Shown one piece after another: positions 20,703-30,596 of a stretch of DNA of 64,000 nt. The translations under genes and the position numbers were made by a program. The notes under the pieces were generated by a model that was given only the letters and a program-made list of their open reading frames with translations, was not told where the DNA came from and made no database searches. This DNA comes from an uncultured Actinomycetes bacterium. GTDB lineage: Bacteria; Actinomycetota; UBA4738; HRBIN12. The DNA lies in contig CAWCXU010000002.1 of the NCBI GenBank assembly GCA_963799625.1, positions 419,285-483,284 of the forward strand, written 5' to 3'. Numbering within the stretch: the first letter of the stretch is position 1; every line of letters starts with the position of its first letter.

Positions 20703-21476
20703 TCACGATCGGAGCGCAACGGGAGCCCCGAGCGACGGCACCACGCGTCGGCGGAACACGGGCCGGTCGGGGCCCGTGGTCGGTCGTGGTATGTCGCTAG
20801 GGCATTCGCATGTCGCGGGCATGATGCGCGCCGCGACCGGCCGGGTCAAGCGCCGAGGCTCGTGCGCGTGAACAGCCCGACGCGGTAGCCGACCTCGATC
20901 GCGGCGCCGGCGGACCCCGGCGTCGCCGAAGAAGAACCCGAGCAGCCGCCGCGCCTCGTCGAGATCGTCGAACCGGAACGCCGTCTCGATCACGCGGGTC
21001 TCGAACCCGTGCGCGGCCCACCACGCCGGATCCGCGCTGATGTCCGTCGCCGCCATCGCGGCGAACGCGTCGCCACCGAGGTTGTCGACGATCGCGAGCG
21101 GTCCGCCGGCCCGCACGACCCGGTCGAGCTCCGCGATCCCCCGCGTCGGGTCCCAGTCCCGCGAGAAGAAGTACGCCCACGTCGCGTAGGCGCCGTCGAA
21201 CGACGCATCGCGGAACGGGAGGTGCTCGGCCTCACCGCGGACCCACCGCAGCGACCGTTCGCCGATCATGCCGGCGCTCGGCTCCAGGGCGACGATCGTG
21301 CGAGCCGGACCGAGCCGCTCCGCCGTGAACCCGTCACCCGCGCCGACGTCGAGGACGCGCCCGTGCGGCAAGAGCGCGTCGAGGGCGCTCGGCACCAGGC
21401 CGTCGCGGTCCATCGCCCGGCGCTCGATCGCGAACATCGCGGGATCGTCGGCCCCGTAGAACGGGATGACGGTCAC
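20703..21476 (-). CDS. Class I SAM-dependent methyltransferase
   Basis: Motif I is VLDVGAGDGFTAERL, followed by an acidic loop and motif post I/II (…LPFRDASFDGAYATWAYFF…GGPLAIVD). The C-terminal 60-70 residues are Arg-rich low-complexity sequence, so the native 3' end is uncertain. Confidence 0.7.
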   Translation of the reverse strand: MTVIPFYGADDPAMFAIERRAMDRDGLVPSALDALLPHGRVLDVGAGDGFTAERLGPARTIVALEPSAGMIGERSLRWVRGEAEHLPFRDASFDGAYATWAYFFSRDWDPTRGIAELDRVVRAGGPLAIVDNLGGDAFAAMAATDISADPAWWAAHGFETRVIETAFRFDDLDEARRLLGFFFGDAGVRRRRDRGRLPRRAVHAHEPRRLTRPVAARIMPATCECPSDIPRPTTGPDRPVFRRRVVPSLGAPVALRS

Positions 21477-21479
21477 GGT

Positions 21480-21993
21480 TCACCAATGCTCGCGGTGCAC
21501 GACCTCGTCCGCCGGCCGACGGTCGGGATGCGTCACCGGCGTGAGCGGACGCACCGGGTACCCGAGGGACAGCAGGATCACGACCTCACGATCGTCGGGG
21601 AACCCGAGCACGGCCCGCGCATCGGCCTGCTCCCCCACCGAGGAGTGGCAGCTCCCGATCCCGAGGTCGGCGGCGACGAGCATCATGCTCATCGCCGCCT
21701 GTCCGAGGTCGAACGCGAACGTCTCGCGCGCGTCGGGGTCCTGCGATGCCGGCGACAGCAGGGCGATCGCGGCGGCCGCGCCGGCGATGTGGGCGCCCCA
21801 CTGCCACAGCGCGGCCATCCGGTCCAGCGTCGCGCGCTCGGTCACGACGACGAAGTCCCAGGGCTGCTCGTTCATCGAGGAGGGCGACCGCCGCCCCGCC
21901 TCGACGATCCGGTCGAGGTCGGCGGGCTCGATCGGACGGTCCTGGTACTCGGCGGGTGTTGCGCCGCGCCCGGACCGCGTCCCAGGTCTCCAT
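21480..21993 (-). CDS. Nitroreductase-family protein with an apparent frameshift near 21945-21952
   Basis: The C-terminal frame reads …YQDRPIEPADLDRIVEAGRRSPSSMNEQPWDFVVVTERATLDRMA…VGEQADARAVLGFPDDREVVILLSLGYP…. The N-terminus METWDAVRARRNTRR is in another frame. Confidence 0.65.
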
Positions 21994-22010
21994 GCCGCCC
22001 AGCGTAGAGC

Positions 22011-22770
22011 GTGGCGCGCGCGGCGTCGCTATCCTTGCGCCCGACCGGGGGGACCGTCATCGCCGAGGGATCGCGACCGCAGGCTGCGCCGACCGCCGAA
22101 CGCCGATGGCCGATGGCCGCCGCGGTGCTGGTCGCCGCCTTCCTGCAGCTGATCACCCCCGAGGCCGGCCGGGTCATCCCGACGGTGGGTCTTCCCTGCG
22201 ATCGAGCTCTTGCTGCTTGCGGTGGTGATGATCCGCGACCCGGGCAGGATCGATGCGCGCGGCCGAGGCTCGCGCCGAGCCACGATCGCGCTCGGTCGCC
22301 GTGATGACCGTCGCGACGGTCGGCGGCGTGATCGTGCTGATCGTCGACATCCTCGATACGAACATCCACAACGTCGACGCGAACGCCCTCCTCGGTCGCG
22401 GCGCGGCGCTGTGGGTCACGAACGTGATCGCGTTCAGCTTCTGGTTCTGGATCTTCGACCGCGGTGGGCCGGCGAGCGCGCGGCCCGGTCCGGGATCGCG
22501 CCGAGCTTCGCCTTCCCCGAGAACGCGACGCCCGAGCTCGCGCCCGACGATTGGCAGCCGCGGTATCACGACTACCTCTACCTGTCGTTCACGAACGCGA
22601 CGGCGTTCAGCCCGACGGACACGTTGCCCATCCAGGCATGGGCGAAGATGGCGATGATGGCGGAGTCGGTGCTGTCGCTCCTCACCGCGATCATGGTGAT
22701 CGCCCGCGCGATCAACATCTTGCCGAACGTCGTGCACCGACCAGTCGACGTCGTGCCGGGATCCGGATGA
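22011..22770 (+). pseudogene. DUF1345-family membrane protein, disrupted by two to three frame switches
   Basis: …ERRWPMAAAVLVAAFLQLITPEAGRVIP… (frame 0), …LLAVVMIRDPGRID… (frame 1) and …VMTVATVGGVIVLIVDILDTNIHNVDANALLGRGAALWVTNVIAFSFWFWIFDRGGPA (frame 2) are followed by …FAFPENATPELAPDDWQPRYHDYLYLSFTNATAFSPTDTLPIQAWAKMAMMAESVLSLLTAIMVIARAINIL…* (frame 1). Confidence 0.55.
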
Positions 22771-23419
22771 GCGACGACGAGGCCGCGAAAGCGAAGGATC
22801 GGCGCACCAAGATCATCGAGATCATCGAGGTCTCGGTGTTGTCGGTCGTCGCGATCGCCACCGCGTGGAGCGGCTACCAGGGCACGAAGTGGGGCGGGCC
22901 TGCAATCGATGCTCTACGCGCAAGCCTCGAGCATCCGGCTGCAGGCCGACGAGCTCGGCGACCCGCGCCGGCCAGATCCTCGTCGCCGACGCCACGATCT
23001 TCACGGCGTGGCTGCGAGGCGCACCACACCGGCCGACCGATCGCTGGAGGCCGAGCTCGAACGCCGGTTCAGCCCCGAGTACGCGAGCGCCTTCCACGAC
23101 TGGCTCGCGCACGAACCCCTTCACGCGACCCGACGCGCCCGGCCGGACCCGCGCGCGATGCCGGGGTTCACGACGCGCCGAGCTGACGCAGGCCGCGCAG
23201 ATGAACGACCAGGCGTGCGCGCTCCTCACCGAGGGCACGGATGCGCGCGATACGGCCAACGAGTACGTGCGTGCGACCGTGCTCTTCGCGTCGGTGCTGC
23301 TGCTCGTCGCGATCGCCCAGCGGTTCTCGATCCACGGCGTGCGGATCGCGGCGAACGTGCTCGCGCTCGTGCTGCTCTCCTACGCGGTGTGGTCGGTCGC
23401 GCGGCTGCCGCGGATCTAG
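22767..23419 (+). pseudogene. DUF4337-like small membrane protein, disrupted by two or more frame switches
   Basis: The N-terminus MSDDEAAKAKDRRTKIIEIIEVSVLSVVAIATAWSGYQGTKWGG has ATGA overlap with the DUF1345 stop. The C-terminus …ELTQAAQMNDQACALLTEGTDARDTANEYVRATVLFASVLLLVAIAQRFSIHGVRIAANVLALVLLSYAVWSVARLPRI* is in a different frame. Middle segments are spread over a third frame. Confidence 0.5.
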
Positions 23420-23425
23420 CCGCCT

Positions 23426-24832
23426 CAGCTGTCGAAGCCGAGGCCGACCGCGTCGAGCAGCTTCAGCCACGGCCCGCGGCGGCGCCTCGCGCCGGTCGGC
23501 GCGCGCCAGCGCGCGGCGCGTCACCCAGACCCCGGCCGAGCGGAACGGCTCCGGCGGGAACGGCACCGGCTTCTTCCGCACGAGCGAGAGCTGCGTGCGC
23601 GCCGTCTCGAGGCCGTCCACGAGGTCGAGGCACACCCGCGCGCCCCAGCGCGTCGCGCCGACCCCGAGCCCGGTGTACCCGGCGGCGTAGGCGAGCTTGC
23701 CGTCGAACTCCCGCCCGAAGAAGACGCTGAACCGGCTGCAGGTGTCGATCGCGCCCGCCCACGCGTGCGAGAACCGCAGCCCCTCGAGCTGCGGGAACGT
23801 CTCGAAGAAGTGCTGCGCCAAGATCTCGTAGGTCGCGTCCCGGCGCTCGAACCGGGGGTCGACGCCGTTGTTCCAGTGGTAGATCGCGTCGTAGCCGCCC
23901 CACAGGATCCGGTCGTCGTCGGTCAGCCGGTAGTAGTGGAACCGGTTCGCCATGTCGGCGAGCCCCTGCCGGTGCGACCAGCCGATCGAGGCCCGCTGCG
24001 CCGGCGAGAGCGGCTCGGTCATCAGCACGTGGTCGTACACGGGCAGGATGTAGTGACGGAGCTTCTTCGCGAGCGGCGGGAACGCGTTCGTCGCGAGGAT
24101 CACGCGCCGTGCGCGCACCCGGCCGAGGGGCGTCCGGACCACGAGCGCGTCACCGTCCTCCTCGATCGAGCGCACCGGGGAGTGCTCGTGGATCGCGGCG
24201 CCGAGCCCCTCGGCCGTGGCGGCCAGTCCCCAGGCGAGCCGCGCCGGGTCGACCTGCGCCGAACCCGTGCGCTTCCAGAACCCGGCGAGGTACGTCGGCG
24301 AGTCGACCTCCGCGCGCACCGCGTCGCGATCGAGGACCTCCGCGTCGTAGCCGAACGCGGTGAGGCTCGCCACGGCGTCGTCGCACCACGGGACCGCGTG
24401 CGGCGCCGTCGCGACGATCAGCGTGCCCGCCGGCTCCCACGAGCAGTCGATGCCGTGGCGCGCGATCGTGTCGCCGATCGCGTCGAGGTTCTCCCGCCCC
24501 TCCTGCTCGATCCGCTCGATCTCGTCGGGGAACCGCGCGCGGCCGTTCTCGAGCCCGTGCGTGAGCGACGCGTCGCAGAAACCGCCGTTGCGGCCGGTGG
24601 CGCCGAACGCGATCCGCTCCCCCTCGAGCACGACCACCTCGCGACCCGGGAGGTCCTCGAGGGCCTGGACCGCGGCCCACAGTCCGGTGAAGCCGCCGCC
24701 GACGATCACGAGGTCGGCGGTGCGATCGGCCTCGAGCGCCGGGCGTGCGGCCGGACGGTCGGCGCGGTCGAGCCAGAACGGCGTCCACGACGCGTCGGCG
24801 TACGCGCGGCGGTACCGGGGTTCGTTCGACAT
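23426..24832 (-). CDS. FAD-dependent oxidoreductase (DAO/glycine-oxidase-like) with an apparent C-terminal frameshift
   Basis: The dinucleotide-binding motif is LVIVGGGFTGLWAAVQAL, followed by DAO-family core segments. The track ORF 23168..24832 reads through into Arg-rich junk. An alternative frame ends …PWLKLLDAVGLGFDS* at 23426. Confidence 0.7.
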
Positions 24833-24838
24833 ACGGGC

Positions 24839-26249
24839 CTACGAGACGGCCGGCTCGCCGATCGGCTCGAACCGCTGCAACGAGTACGGCCCGATCGTCA
24901 CGCCGGTCACCCGGCCGTCGCCGTCGGCGTGGAAGTCGACGGGCTCCCCCGACTCGCGGTTGAACCAGTCGACCGTGAACCGGAGCGGATCATCGGTCGG
25001 GAGCAAGGTGAGCATCTCGTCGGGCTCCTCCGGATCGCGGAGCACCAGCGCGCCGTCGCGCCATTCCAGACGCATCAGCAACGCCTCGACCGGCTCCCCG
25101 TAGATCCCGAGCAACCGCTCGTACGCCGGCGGCATCGCGGGGGGCACCTCGAACGCCACGGCCGCGCCCCGGAGCGCCTCCAGGGCGATCGCGCCGAGAT
25201 CCATCGCGAGGGCCGACGCATCCGCGACCCCGTTCAGGAACGCGATCGCCCCGACGCGCTCCTTCGCGCGGAAGCACGCGTTCGTGATGAAACCGGGCAG
25301 GCCCCCGGAATGCTGGAGCCAGACCGTCTCGCCCTTGCGCACGGCGTACCAGCCGATCGCCCAGGCCTCCTCCCACTTGTCGCCCTCGAGGTAGCGCGGG
25401 CGCTGCATCTCGCGGAGCGTCGCGTCGGACAGCACGGTGCGATGCCCCTCGGCCGCCTTCTCCATCGGGAACTGCGCCGACAGCCACCGCCCGACGTCCT
25501 CGACGCTGGACTGCAGGCCGCCCTCGGCCTCCGGGAACTCGGTCAGCGGCCCGAACGGCACGAACGTGTCGGACAGCCACCGCGGCTTGTAGCCGACCGC
25601 CCGCCTCGCGAGGAGCTCGGGCGGCAACGGGTGGAAGCCGCTGGACGTCATGCCGAGCGGCTCGAGGATCCGTGCCCGGATCGCGTCCGGGTACGCCCGT
25701 GCGTCCAGGCGCGCGACGATCTCGCCGAGCAGCTGGAACGCGAGGTTCGAGTACTTCTGCTGCACGTTCGGCGGGATCTTCGTGGCGATCTCGGCGCCCT
25801 TCGCGAGGTTCGCCGCCGGCGACGCCTCGTAGATGTCGTGGAACCAACGCGTCCCCGGCGGATCGCCCATCAGGCCCGACTCGTGCGACAGCATCCGTCG
25901 GATCGTGACGGTCTCGATCATGCCGAACGGGCTGGTGGCGTCGCGCAGCTCCGGCAGGAAGGCCACCGCCGGGTCGTCGAGGTGGAGCTTCCCCTCGTCG
26001 CGGAGCTGCAGGATCGCGGTCGCGGTGAACGTCTTCGTGATCGAGGCGATCCGGAACAGCGTCTGCGCGTCGTGCGGCTCGGCGCGCCTCGACGTCGGCG
26101 TACCCGTAGCCCGTGGACCACACGAGCTCGTCGTCCACCACGACGCCCGCCGCCGCGCCGGGCAGGCGCTCCTTCTTCACGAACGCCGCGACGCGCTCGG
26201 TGAGCTTGCCGGCGACGTCGGTGACCGCCGCGGTGCGAGCGTCCGCCAT
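24839..26249 (-). CDS. Serine hydrolase (beta-lactamase/transpeptidase-like family) with an apparent frameshift near 25970-26070
   Basis: The N-terminal part MADARTAAVTDVAGKLTERVAAFVKKERLPGAAAGVVVDDELVWSTGYGYADVEARRAA… is in the frame of ORF 24990..26672. The remainder …ETVTIRRMLSHESGL…GWYAVRKGETVWLQHSGGLPGF… is in ORF 24839..25966. Confidence 0.7.
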
Positions 26250-27193
26250 CAGATCCCCTTCAGGTAGGCCACCGTCTCGGCCAGGCCGTCCTCGAGGTGC
26301 GTCCACGGCTTCCACGCGAGCGCCTTGGCCGCGACCGAGATGTCCAGCGCGATCCGGCGGAGCTCGCCCGGGGGCAACGCCCCGTGCGCGGGCTCCTCGC
26401 CGAACCCGGTGAGCTGCGCGAGCAGCCCGTAGAGGCCGCGCACGCTCGTCTCCAGCCCGGTGCCGATGTTCACGAGCTTGCCGGAGCCGCGATCCATCGC
26501 CTGGACGAACGCGTGCACGACGTCGTCGATGAACACGAAGTCGCGCGTCTGGTTCCCGTCCCCGTAGATCGTCGGCACCTTCCCGGCGAGCATCGACGAG
26601 GCGAAGATCGCGATCACGCCCGCCTCGCCGTACGGGTCCTGCCGCGGCCCGTAGACGTTGGCGAGCGCGCACGCGGTGAAGTCCAGCCCGCGGTAGCGCT
26701 GGTAGAAGCCGAGGTAGTCGAGCGCCGCCTTCTTCGAGATGCCGTAGGGGCTCAGCGGGAAGGAGCCCTGCGCGGAGGATTCCTTGGCGGGCAGGCGCTT
26801 CGGCTCACCGTAGATCGTGCCGCCGCTGGCGGCGTAGATCACCTTGCGAGCCTCGACCTTGATCGCGCACTCGAGCACGTTCAGCGTGCCCATCAGGTTC
26901 ACGCCCGCGTCGTGCACCGGGTCCTCGAGCGAGGGGCGCACCCCCGCCTGCGCGGCGAGGTGGTACACGATCTCGGGCCGGTGCCGCTCGAACAACGACA
27001 GCAGCCCGCCCGCGCGCACGTCCATGTTGAAGAAGGTGTAGGCCTTGCCGTAGCTGCGCGCGTCGCCGAGGTTCGCGATGCGGCCGCTGGACAGATCGTC
27101 GACCGCGATCACGCGATGGTTCTCGGCCAGGAGGCGATCGGCCAGGTTCGAGCCGATGAACCCGGCGCCCCCGGTCACCAGGATCGTGGTCAC
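26249..27193 (-). CDS. NAD-dependent epimerase/dehydratase (UDP-glucose 4-epimerase family)
   Basis: ILVTGGAGFIGSNLADRLL…YHLAAQAGV…SPYGISKKAALDYLGFYQ… places the Rossmann GxxGxxG motif with the YxxxK catalytic pair. The likely GTG start at 27193 overlaps the tsaD stop. Confidence 0.85.
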   Translation of the reverse strand: MTTILVTGGAGFIGSNLADRLLAENHRVIAVDDLSSGRIANLGDARSYGKAYTFFNMDVRAGGLLSLFERHRPEIVYHLAAQAGVRPSLEDPVHDAGVNLMGTLNVLECAIKVEARKVIYAASGGTIYGEPKRLPAKESSAQGSFPLSPYGISKKAALDYLGFYQRYRGLDFTACALANVYGPRQDPYGEAGVIAIFASSMLAGKVPTIYGDGNQTRDFVFIDDVVHAFVQAMDRGSGKLVNIGTGLETSVRGLYGLLAQLTGFGEEPAHGALPPGELRRIALDISVAAKALAWKPWTHLEDGLAETVAYLKGI

Positions 27194-28197
27194 GGCGCCA
27201 AGGGTAGGTTGGGGTCCGCCGCGATGTCCAACCCCGCGCGGTCGCCCCGTTCGAGGCGGGCGGCGCCCAGGCACGCGACCATCGCCGCGTTGTCCGTGCA
27301 CAGCGCGAGCGGCGGGACGAGCACCTCGAGACCGGCCGCCGAGCCGTCGGCGACCAGCCGCTCGCGCAGCCGGGTGTTCGCGACGACGCCCCCGCCGAGC
27401 AGCACGCGCTCGACGCCGGTGCGCCGCGCGGCCTCGAGCGTCTTGGTCACCTGCACGTCGACGATCGCCTCCTGGAAGCTCGCCGCAAGGTCGGGCACGT
27501 CGAGGTCGCGGCCCGCGGCGCGCTCCCCCTTGACGTACCGCAACACGGCCGTCTTCAACCCGCTCATCGAGAAGTCGAGGTCACCCGAATCCTCCATCGC
27601 GCGTGGGAACCGGATCGCGTTCGGGTCGCCGGTCAGCGCCGCCGCGTCGAGCGCCGGCCCGCCGGGGAACCCGAGCCCGAGCATGCGCGCGACCTTGTCG
27701 AACGCCTCCCCCGCCGCGTCGTCGAGCGTCTGGCCGAGCACCTCGTGGCGGAACAGCTCGGGCACGTGGACGAGCATCGTGTGGCCGCCGCTGACGATCA
27801 GCGCGACGTACGGCGGCTCGGGCTTCCCGTGCGCGAGGAAGTTCGCCCAGTAATGGGCCTCGAGGTGGTTGACCCCGACCAGCGGCGTGCGGGTGGCGAG
27901 GCTGATCGCCTTCGCCGCGGCCATGCCCACCAGCAGCGCGCCGACGAGCCCCGGCCCGACCGTGACCGCCACCCCGTCGAGATCGCCGTGATCCAGACCG
28001 GTCTCGTCCAGGGCCTGGGCAAGCAACGGGTTGAGCGCCTCGACGTGGGCCCGGGCGGCGACCTCGGGCACCACCCCGCCGAACCGCTCGTGCAGGTGCT
28101 CCTGGCGCGCGATCAGGTTCGTCCGCACGGTGAAGCCGTCCTCGACGATCGCCACCGCGGTCTCGTCGCAGGAGGTCTCGATCCCCAGGGTGATCAC
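27190..28197 (-). CDS. tsaD: tRNA N6-adenosine threonylcarbamoyltransferase TsaD (Kae1/Gcp)
   Basis: VITLGIETSCDETAVAIVEDG…GVNHLEAHY…IVSGGHTML…GGGVVANTRLRERL matches TsaD. The start is probably GTG at 28197, overlapping the rimI stop. Confidence 0.9.
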   Translation of the reverse strand: MITLGIETSCDETAVAIVEDGFTVRTNLIARQEHLHERFGGVVPEVAARAHVEALNPLLAQALDETGLDHGDLDGVAVTVGPGLVGALLVGMAAAKAISLATRTPLVGVNHLEAHYWANFLAHGKPEPPYVALIVSGGHTMLVHVPELFRHEVLGQTLDDAAGEAFDKVARMLGLGFPGGPALDAAALTGDPNAIRFPRAMEDSGDLDFSMSGLKTAVLRYVKGERAAGRDLDVPDLAASFQEAIVDVQVTKTLEAARRTGVERVLLGGGVVANTRLRERLVADGSAAGLEVLVPPLALCTDNAAMVACLGAARLERGDRAGLDIAADPNLPLAP

Positions 28198-28757
28198 AGG
28201 GTGCCCGCTTGGGGGCGGATCCCCTCGGGGAGCTTCTGGACGACCGCGTTCAGGCGCCGGCGGTAGGCGCGGTCGCGCACGTCGTCGGTCCACATGATCA
28301 GGGCGTCCTCGTGCAGCTCCGCGTAGTAGTTCCGCCGGATCCCGACCGGGTGGAACCCGAACCGCGCGTAGACACGTTGGGCGCGCCAGTTCGTGACCCG
28401 CACCTCGAGCGAGACCGCGGTCGCGCCGAGGTCGCGCGCGGCCACGATCTCCTCTGCCAGGAGCCGGTGGGCGATCCCGTGGCCCTGCAGCATCGGGTCG
28501 ACCGCGATGTTCGTGATGTGGGCCTCGTCGCCGTAGCAGATCAGCCCGGCGTACCCGACGACGTCCTTGTCGATCCTCGCCACGAGGTAGTTCCGGTTGT
28601 TCGGCTCCGACATCTCGGCCACGAACAGGTTGGGCGTCCAGGGCCGCGAATAGGCCTGACGCTCGATCGCCATCACGCCACGCAGGTGGCGCCGGCGCAT
28701 CTTCGTCACCTCAAGGCTCGCGGCCCCGGTCTCGGTCGTCCCACGCGATCTCAGCAT
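28194..28757 (-). CDS. rimI: Ribosomal-protein-alanine N-acetyltransferase RimI (GNAT)
   Basis: …LRGVMAIERQAYSRPWTP…GYAGLICYGDEAHITNIAVDPMLQGHGIAHRLLAEEI… is the RimI pattern. Its position between tsaB and tsaD follows the conserved actinobacterial context. The start is uncertain (28757 or an internal M near 28700). Confidence 0.8.
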   Translation of the reverse strand: MLRSRGTTETGAASLEVTKMRRRHLRGVMAIERQAYSRPWTPNLFVAEMSEPNNRNYLVARIDKDVVGYAGLICYGDEAHITNIAVDPMLQGHGIAHRLLAEEIVAARDLGATAVSLEVRVTNWRAQRVYARFGFHPVGIRRNYYAELHEDALIMWTDDVRDRAYRRRLNAVVQKLPEGIRPQAGTL

Positions 28758-29919
28758 CCGACTTCCTTAGATACATCGGCACGACATCGAACACCTGGTC
28801 GTGTTCCTCCCGCAAGAACCTCGGCACGGCCAGCTCGACCAGCGAGGCCGCGTCGGGGTGTGCGACCGCGGGCGAGGCGAACTCCACCCGGGCCCCCACG
28901 ATCCGGAGCACGTCCCGGTACAGGATGGCACCATCCCCGACGGCCAGCACCTCTCCCTCGACGGCCTGGAGGTCGGCGGCGAGCGCCTCGGGGCGCTGCA
29001 CCGCAGGCTCGCTGAGCCGCACGACGCCGCCGGGCACGGGCTTGTACAGGGCGGCGAAGACCTCCGAGCGGCGGCCGTCGATCACGGCGGCGATCGTGCG
29101 CTCGGTGTGGCGGACGGCGTAGGCGAGCGCGTCGATGCTCGGCACCGCGAGCAGGGGCGCGCCGGTCACCTGCGCGAGGGTCTTCGCGGTCTCCACACCG
29201 ACGCGCAAGCCCGTGAACAGACCGGGCCCGATCCCGACGGCGAACCCGCCGACCTGGCCGAGGTCGACGCCGGTCCAGGCGAGCAGCTGCTCGAGCGCCG
29301 GGGTCACGCTCTCCTGCCGGGCCTTGCCCGCGATCTGGATCCGCCCGAGGATCGCCGTCTCGGTGCCGACCGCGACCGAGACCTGTGGGGTCGCGGTGTC
29401 GATCCCGACGACGATCACGCCGACCACCGTCCAAGAGCGGCGGCGATCGCGTCGCCGCGCTCGGCCCAGGACGGCGCCGGTCGCCTCGACCGTGATGCGC
29501 CGGGTCTCGTCGGCGCCGGTCGGGTCGCGCCCGACGAACTCGATGCGGAGCCGGTCTTCCGCGAGCAGACCCGCGACCGGATCGCCCCACTCGACGAGCA
29601 GGACCCGTTCGCCGTCCTCGAGCTCGTCCAGCGCCAGGTCGATCACGTCCTGCTCGCGCTCGAGCCGGTACAGGTCGACGTGCGCGAGCGGCACACGGCC
29701 GGTCACGTACTCGCGCACGAGGGTGAACGTCGGCGAAGTCACGTGCTCGGTCGCGCCGAGCCCGGCGGCGACCCCCTGGACGAACGTGGTCTTGCCCGCG
29801 CCGAGCTCCCCGGTGAGGACCACGACGTCGCGCGGGCGCAGGAGGGGCCCGAGCGCGGCGCCCGCGGCGCGCGTGTCGTCGGCGGTCGGCGTCTCGAGGA
29901 CGAGCGAGGCCGTCAGAAC
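28711..29919 (-). CDS. TsaE-TsaB in-frame fusion (tRNA t6A ATPase TsaE fused to TsaB)
   Basis: The TsaE P-loop VVVLTGELGAGKTTFVQGVAAGLG…SPTFTLVREY is followed, with no intervening stop, by the TsaB N-terminus VIVVGIDTATPQVSVAVG…GIGPGLFTGLRVGVETAKTLA. The track ORF 28711..30156 probably starts at a GTG near 29919. Confidence 0.8.
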   Translation of the reverse strand, partial: VLTASLVLETPTADDTRAAGAALGPLLRPRDVVVLTGELGAGKTTFVQGVAAGLGATEHVTSPTFTLVREYVTGRVPLAHVDLYRLEREQDVIDLALDELEDGERVLLVEWGDPVAGLLAEDRLRIEFVGRDPTGADETRRITVEATGAVLGRARRRDRRRSWTVVGVIVVGIDTATPQVSVAVGTETAILGRIQIAGKARQESVTPALEQLLAWTGVDLGQVGGFAVGIGPGLFTGLRVGVETAKTLAQVTGAPLLAVPSIDALAYAVRHTERTIAAVIDGRRSEVFAALYKPVPGGVVRLSEPAVQRPEALAADLQAVEGEVLAVGDGAILYRDVLRIVGARVEFASPAVAHPDAASLVELAVPRFLREEHDQVFDVVPMYLRKSDAEIAWDDRDRGREP

Positions 29920-30596
29920 AGCTCCAGCTGGTCGTCGGGGACCACCGGCTCCGTCTCGCGCTCCAGCCCGACGAGCGACGTCACGGGCGGCGGGGGCGGT
30001 GCGGGGGGCGGGGACGAGGAGGATCCCGGCTCGGTGAGCGTGCGCTTGATCAGCGCGAAGTCCTCCTGCAGCTCGCCGAACTGCCGGCTCTTCTCGCCGC
30101 CGCCGTGCAAGATCGCAGCGGGGTGGAACGTCGGGATCACCTTGCGGCCGTGCCACGGGTAGACGGAGCCGCGCATCCGGGTGATGCCCTGCTGCGTCTG
30201 CAGCACGTACTTCGTCGCGAAGTTGCCCAGCGTGACGACCACCGCCGGCTGGATCAGCGAGATCTGCTCGACGAGCCAGGGCGTGCAGGTCTCGATCTCA
30301 TCCTCTTGGGGATCGCGGTTCCCCGGTGGGCGGCACTTCAACACGTTGGCGATGTACACCTGTTCGCGGGTCAGACCGATCTCGCCGAGCATCCGGGTGA
30401 GCAGCTGTCCCGCGGCGCCGACGAACGGCTCGCCCTGTTTGTCCTCGTGCATCCCCGGCGCCTCGCCGACGAACAGCAGGTCCGCGTGCGGATCGCCCAC
30501 GCCGAACACGACCTGGGTGCGGCCGTCCGCCAGCCGGCACTTCGTGCAGGTCGACGCCTCGAGGGCGACCTCGGCGAGGGTGCGGCTCACGACGAC
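29913..30596 (-). CDS. Uracil-DNA glycosylase, family 4
   Basis: …[50 protein letters not shown]…[12 protein letters not shown]…IPTFHPAA… matches family-4 UDG motifs (GEAPG, HPAA). The 5' extension of the track ORF overlaps alr, so the start is probably GTG near 30596. Confidence 0.8.
   Translation of the reverse strand, partial: VVVSRTLAEVALEASTCTKCRLADGRTQVVFGVGDPHADLLFVGEAPGMHEDKQGEPFVGAAGQLLTRMLGEIGLTREQVYIANVLKCRPPGNRDPQEDEIETCTPWLVEQISLIQPAVVVTLGNFATKYVLQTQQGITRMRGSVYPWHGRKVIPTFHPAAILHGGGEKSRQFGELQEDFALIKRTLTEPGSSSSPPPAPPPPPVTSLVGLERETEPVVPDDQLELF

Noticed and set aside
19384-20706. 440-aa minus-strand ORF overlapping the MFS transporter
   Set aside because: It is an alternative frame of the MFS gene. 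The 418-aa frame carries the TM-helix pattern.
23765-26203. 812-aa plus-strand ORF
   Set aside because: It is antisense to the DAO oxidoreductase and serine-hydrolase genes, Arg-rich with no motifs.
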